Part shown: positions 62,025 through 64,000 of the stretch, in pieces
Position numbering within the stretch: position 1 is the first letter of the stretch
Layout: the number at the start of each line of letters is the position of its first letter
From: Ophelia neglecta
Lineage: Eukaryota
Assembly (NCBI GenBank): GCA_965285935.1
Contig: OZ260667.1
Span: 8,308,001 to 8,372,000, forward strand
DNA: 64,000 nucleotides
Direction of reading: 5' to 3'
Position numbers and translations under genes: made by a program
The notes under the pieces: generated by a model
Told to the model about the DNA's origin: nothing
What the model saw: only the letters and a program-made list of their open reading frames with translations
Database searches by the model: none

Positions 62025-63573
62025 TAATCTTTGCAGAAATGCCGTTTGATCGATGCCTCACAACTAGTCTTGGCATTTCGTCATGCACACACAGAGTAAT
62101 AGATATTTACCAATCCTTTAGTACCGAGTACGTATGACAGCTGTAAGAAGTTTGTATTGCCTTTAATATTCTCTGTTTGCCTTTCAGTTTTATGTGGATT
62201 TACTTTGAAGAAGGCATTCAGACCCATAGTGCCTTTATGAATGTTCCCAGCGAGTTGAATTTTATGTGATTTCTTTCTGCATGCTAGACATTAAACGTTT
62301 CTTGTCTCGTCTCAATGGTTTTAACACATTAAGGTATTGACTATCACCACTGATATAGACACAGTTGCGTTGAGTGATCTGGGAAGTGGTATTCGGGTAT
62401 TGTAATGTGTACCCAACTAATTTGCCTTGTATCTGCTTTAAATTGAAAATCGTACTCGTCAGAACACGCTCATAAAACATGATTATGAAAAATAACTTTA
62501 ACGGCTAAAACGCAGCGTACCAATATTATATATCTTTAAAGTCGCCCAATTAGTCAGCTGCTCTTTCAAATTTAATCTTGAACTGTAATTTGAAAGGGGC
62601 AAAAAGGTATTCAGTTGTGTATATTAAGCTTGAAATTTATCATTGATTTGAGTTATCGGGAGACACAGGCCCAGTTTGCAAGCTGCCGATGCAAAATTTA
62701 ACTTTGACCTAAAATTTGAAAGTGCAAATCGCGTTATATGTCGTCAGTTAGGACTGAAGTGTGTTGATTTAACTTTATTTGTTACGTTTTTGCTTGTAGT
62801 TTCAATTTTACTTAAGAATTATATTGACAACTGCAACTGGCAGCATGCTCCATGTTTTAGTGGAAAAATATGGTTTGGCAAGTGGCAGCTGTCAACTGTC
62901 AACTGGCAGCCTATTTTAGGTAGGTATGTGCATACCATGCGCCCAGTTTGTTCATTCACAGGGGTGCCGCCCTGCCAGGTCCACTGATCTTCTATGTTGG
63001 TATAGTTCCCACCCAAACGGGTCAAAATAGAATGCTCCGTAGCCGTATGTGGGAAAGTTGCGCCGGTCAAAATTTAAATTCAATCTTGACAGGCATTTCC
63101 AGCCGATAAGAAGTTTTGATTTTTATTTGTAAACAGTTAAGGGTCCCCCGACCCCCATCCACAAAATAGTAAAAAAAAAAGTTAGGCCCACGTCATAATG
63201 TCACGCTGAGAACAAATAAGAAAAAAGAAAGTTTGTAGAATTGCTGGTTAGGAGCAAATGATAAACATGTTCGTCATCTCGGGGACCGAAACACCCTGTG
63301 GTATGTTCTCCCCCAAGCATTGAGTCAGTCGTTATTCTATGGTTTTAACATCCTTGCATGTTTTCTCAATTTTGTAAAAGACTACTTTCAAGGAGAGTTG
63401 ATGTGTACCTCGTTTACCAAATATTAAGTGGTTTTCCTCCGGTAACCTTGCAAATGTCATTGTGGCTCTGCGGGCTGCGCAGTCGGGGTGGCATGCGGTG
63501 TATGCACATTAGATAGAAGTGAACACGAAACAACCTCGAGTCTCAATACTTTATGACCAGAATACATCGCAGT
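62025..63573 (-). pseudogene. Decayed third paralog of the CTL-SRCR-IPT family (only C-type lectin exons recognisable)
   Basis: 156-nt exon 63573-63418 reads DCDVFWS*SIETRGCFVFTSI*CA...C.....TMTFARLPEENHLIF with two stops and intact splice sites. Exon about 63050-62936 (LGGN...EDQWTWQGGTP) has a frameshift and TGG>TGA. A possible third-exon remnant (CVCM...C...FCK) lies at about 62110-62025. Confidence 0.8.
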
Positions 63574-64000
63574 CTGAAAGGGAACATACAATTATATTAT
63601 CGGCCCCTTATTTCTAATGATTCCATTAAACAGATACTTTTTGTTTAATCGGCAAGGATACCAGAAAAGGCTAAAATAAGCCAATTGCAATACATGTTAT
63701 AACTAAATCTTGACGTAAGCTACGTGGCTTTAACAATATTTAACATCAAAAGAACAAGAAATGGGAGGCAATCTTAGGGTTGGTGGTTGGAACCGGGGGT
63801 GGTATTTGGGCATTGTAATGTTTACCCGGATATTGATTCTTATATCTGCTTTAAATTCAAATTCTTATTTATGAGAACTTGCCGATAATGCAGTAATATG
63901 CTAATTTTGTTCAGTGGGTAGAACTCAATGGCTGCCCTACTAGTTTATGTGGCCAAGAAAGAATGCAGACAAATTGCTACAGGTATGATAATTCAATGTT

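Overview
AT-rich, intron-rich animal DNA, probably a marine invertebrate (taxon not determinable here). All recognisable host genes are on the minus strand and were rebuilt by hand from splice sites and exon phases. (1) Gene 1 (23692 down to at least 386, probably continuing off the left edge) is a large mosaic glycan-recognition protein: signal peptide, S/T stalk microexons, FA58C/discoidin, bulb-type (B) lectin-like, second FA58C, F-type-lectin-like, Thr-rich mucin repeats, second F-type-lectin-like, FN3-like. About 1,146 codons are visible. (2) A head-to-tail cluster of paralogous type I receptors has the architecture signal - C-type lectin - SRCR - S/T linker - plexin/MET-like IPT stalk - TM - non-catalytic tyrosine-motif tail. 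Gene 2 (40632-50178) looks intact at about 697 aa. Gene 3 (52587-about 60252) has intact body exons, a tandemly duplicated linker exon and a possible stop in its signal exon. A third copy (about 62025-63573) is a pseudogene. (3) Introns and the 24-40 kb gap hold a 5'-truncated frameshifted LINE, two tRNA-derived SINE copies, a Helentron-type HINE, a hAT element with a perfect 8-bp TSD, several MITE/foldback elements, minisatellites and two decayed ORFs of unknown origin. The best candidate for an undescribed system is this lectin/scavenger receptor cluster evolving by birth and death. Domain calls come from motif recognition by eye, not database searches.
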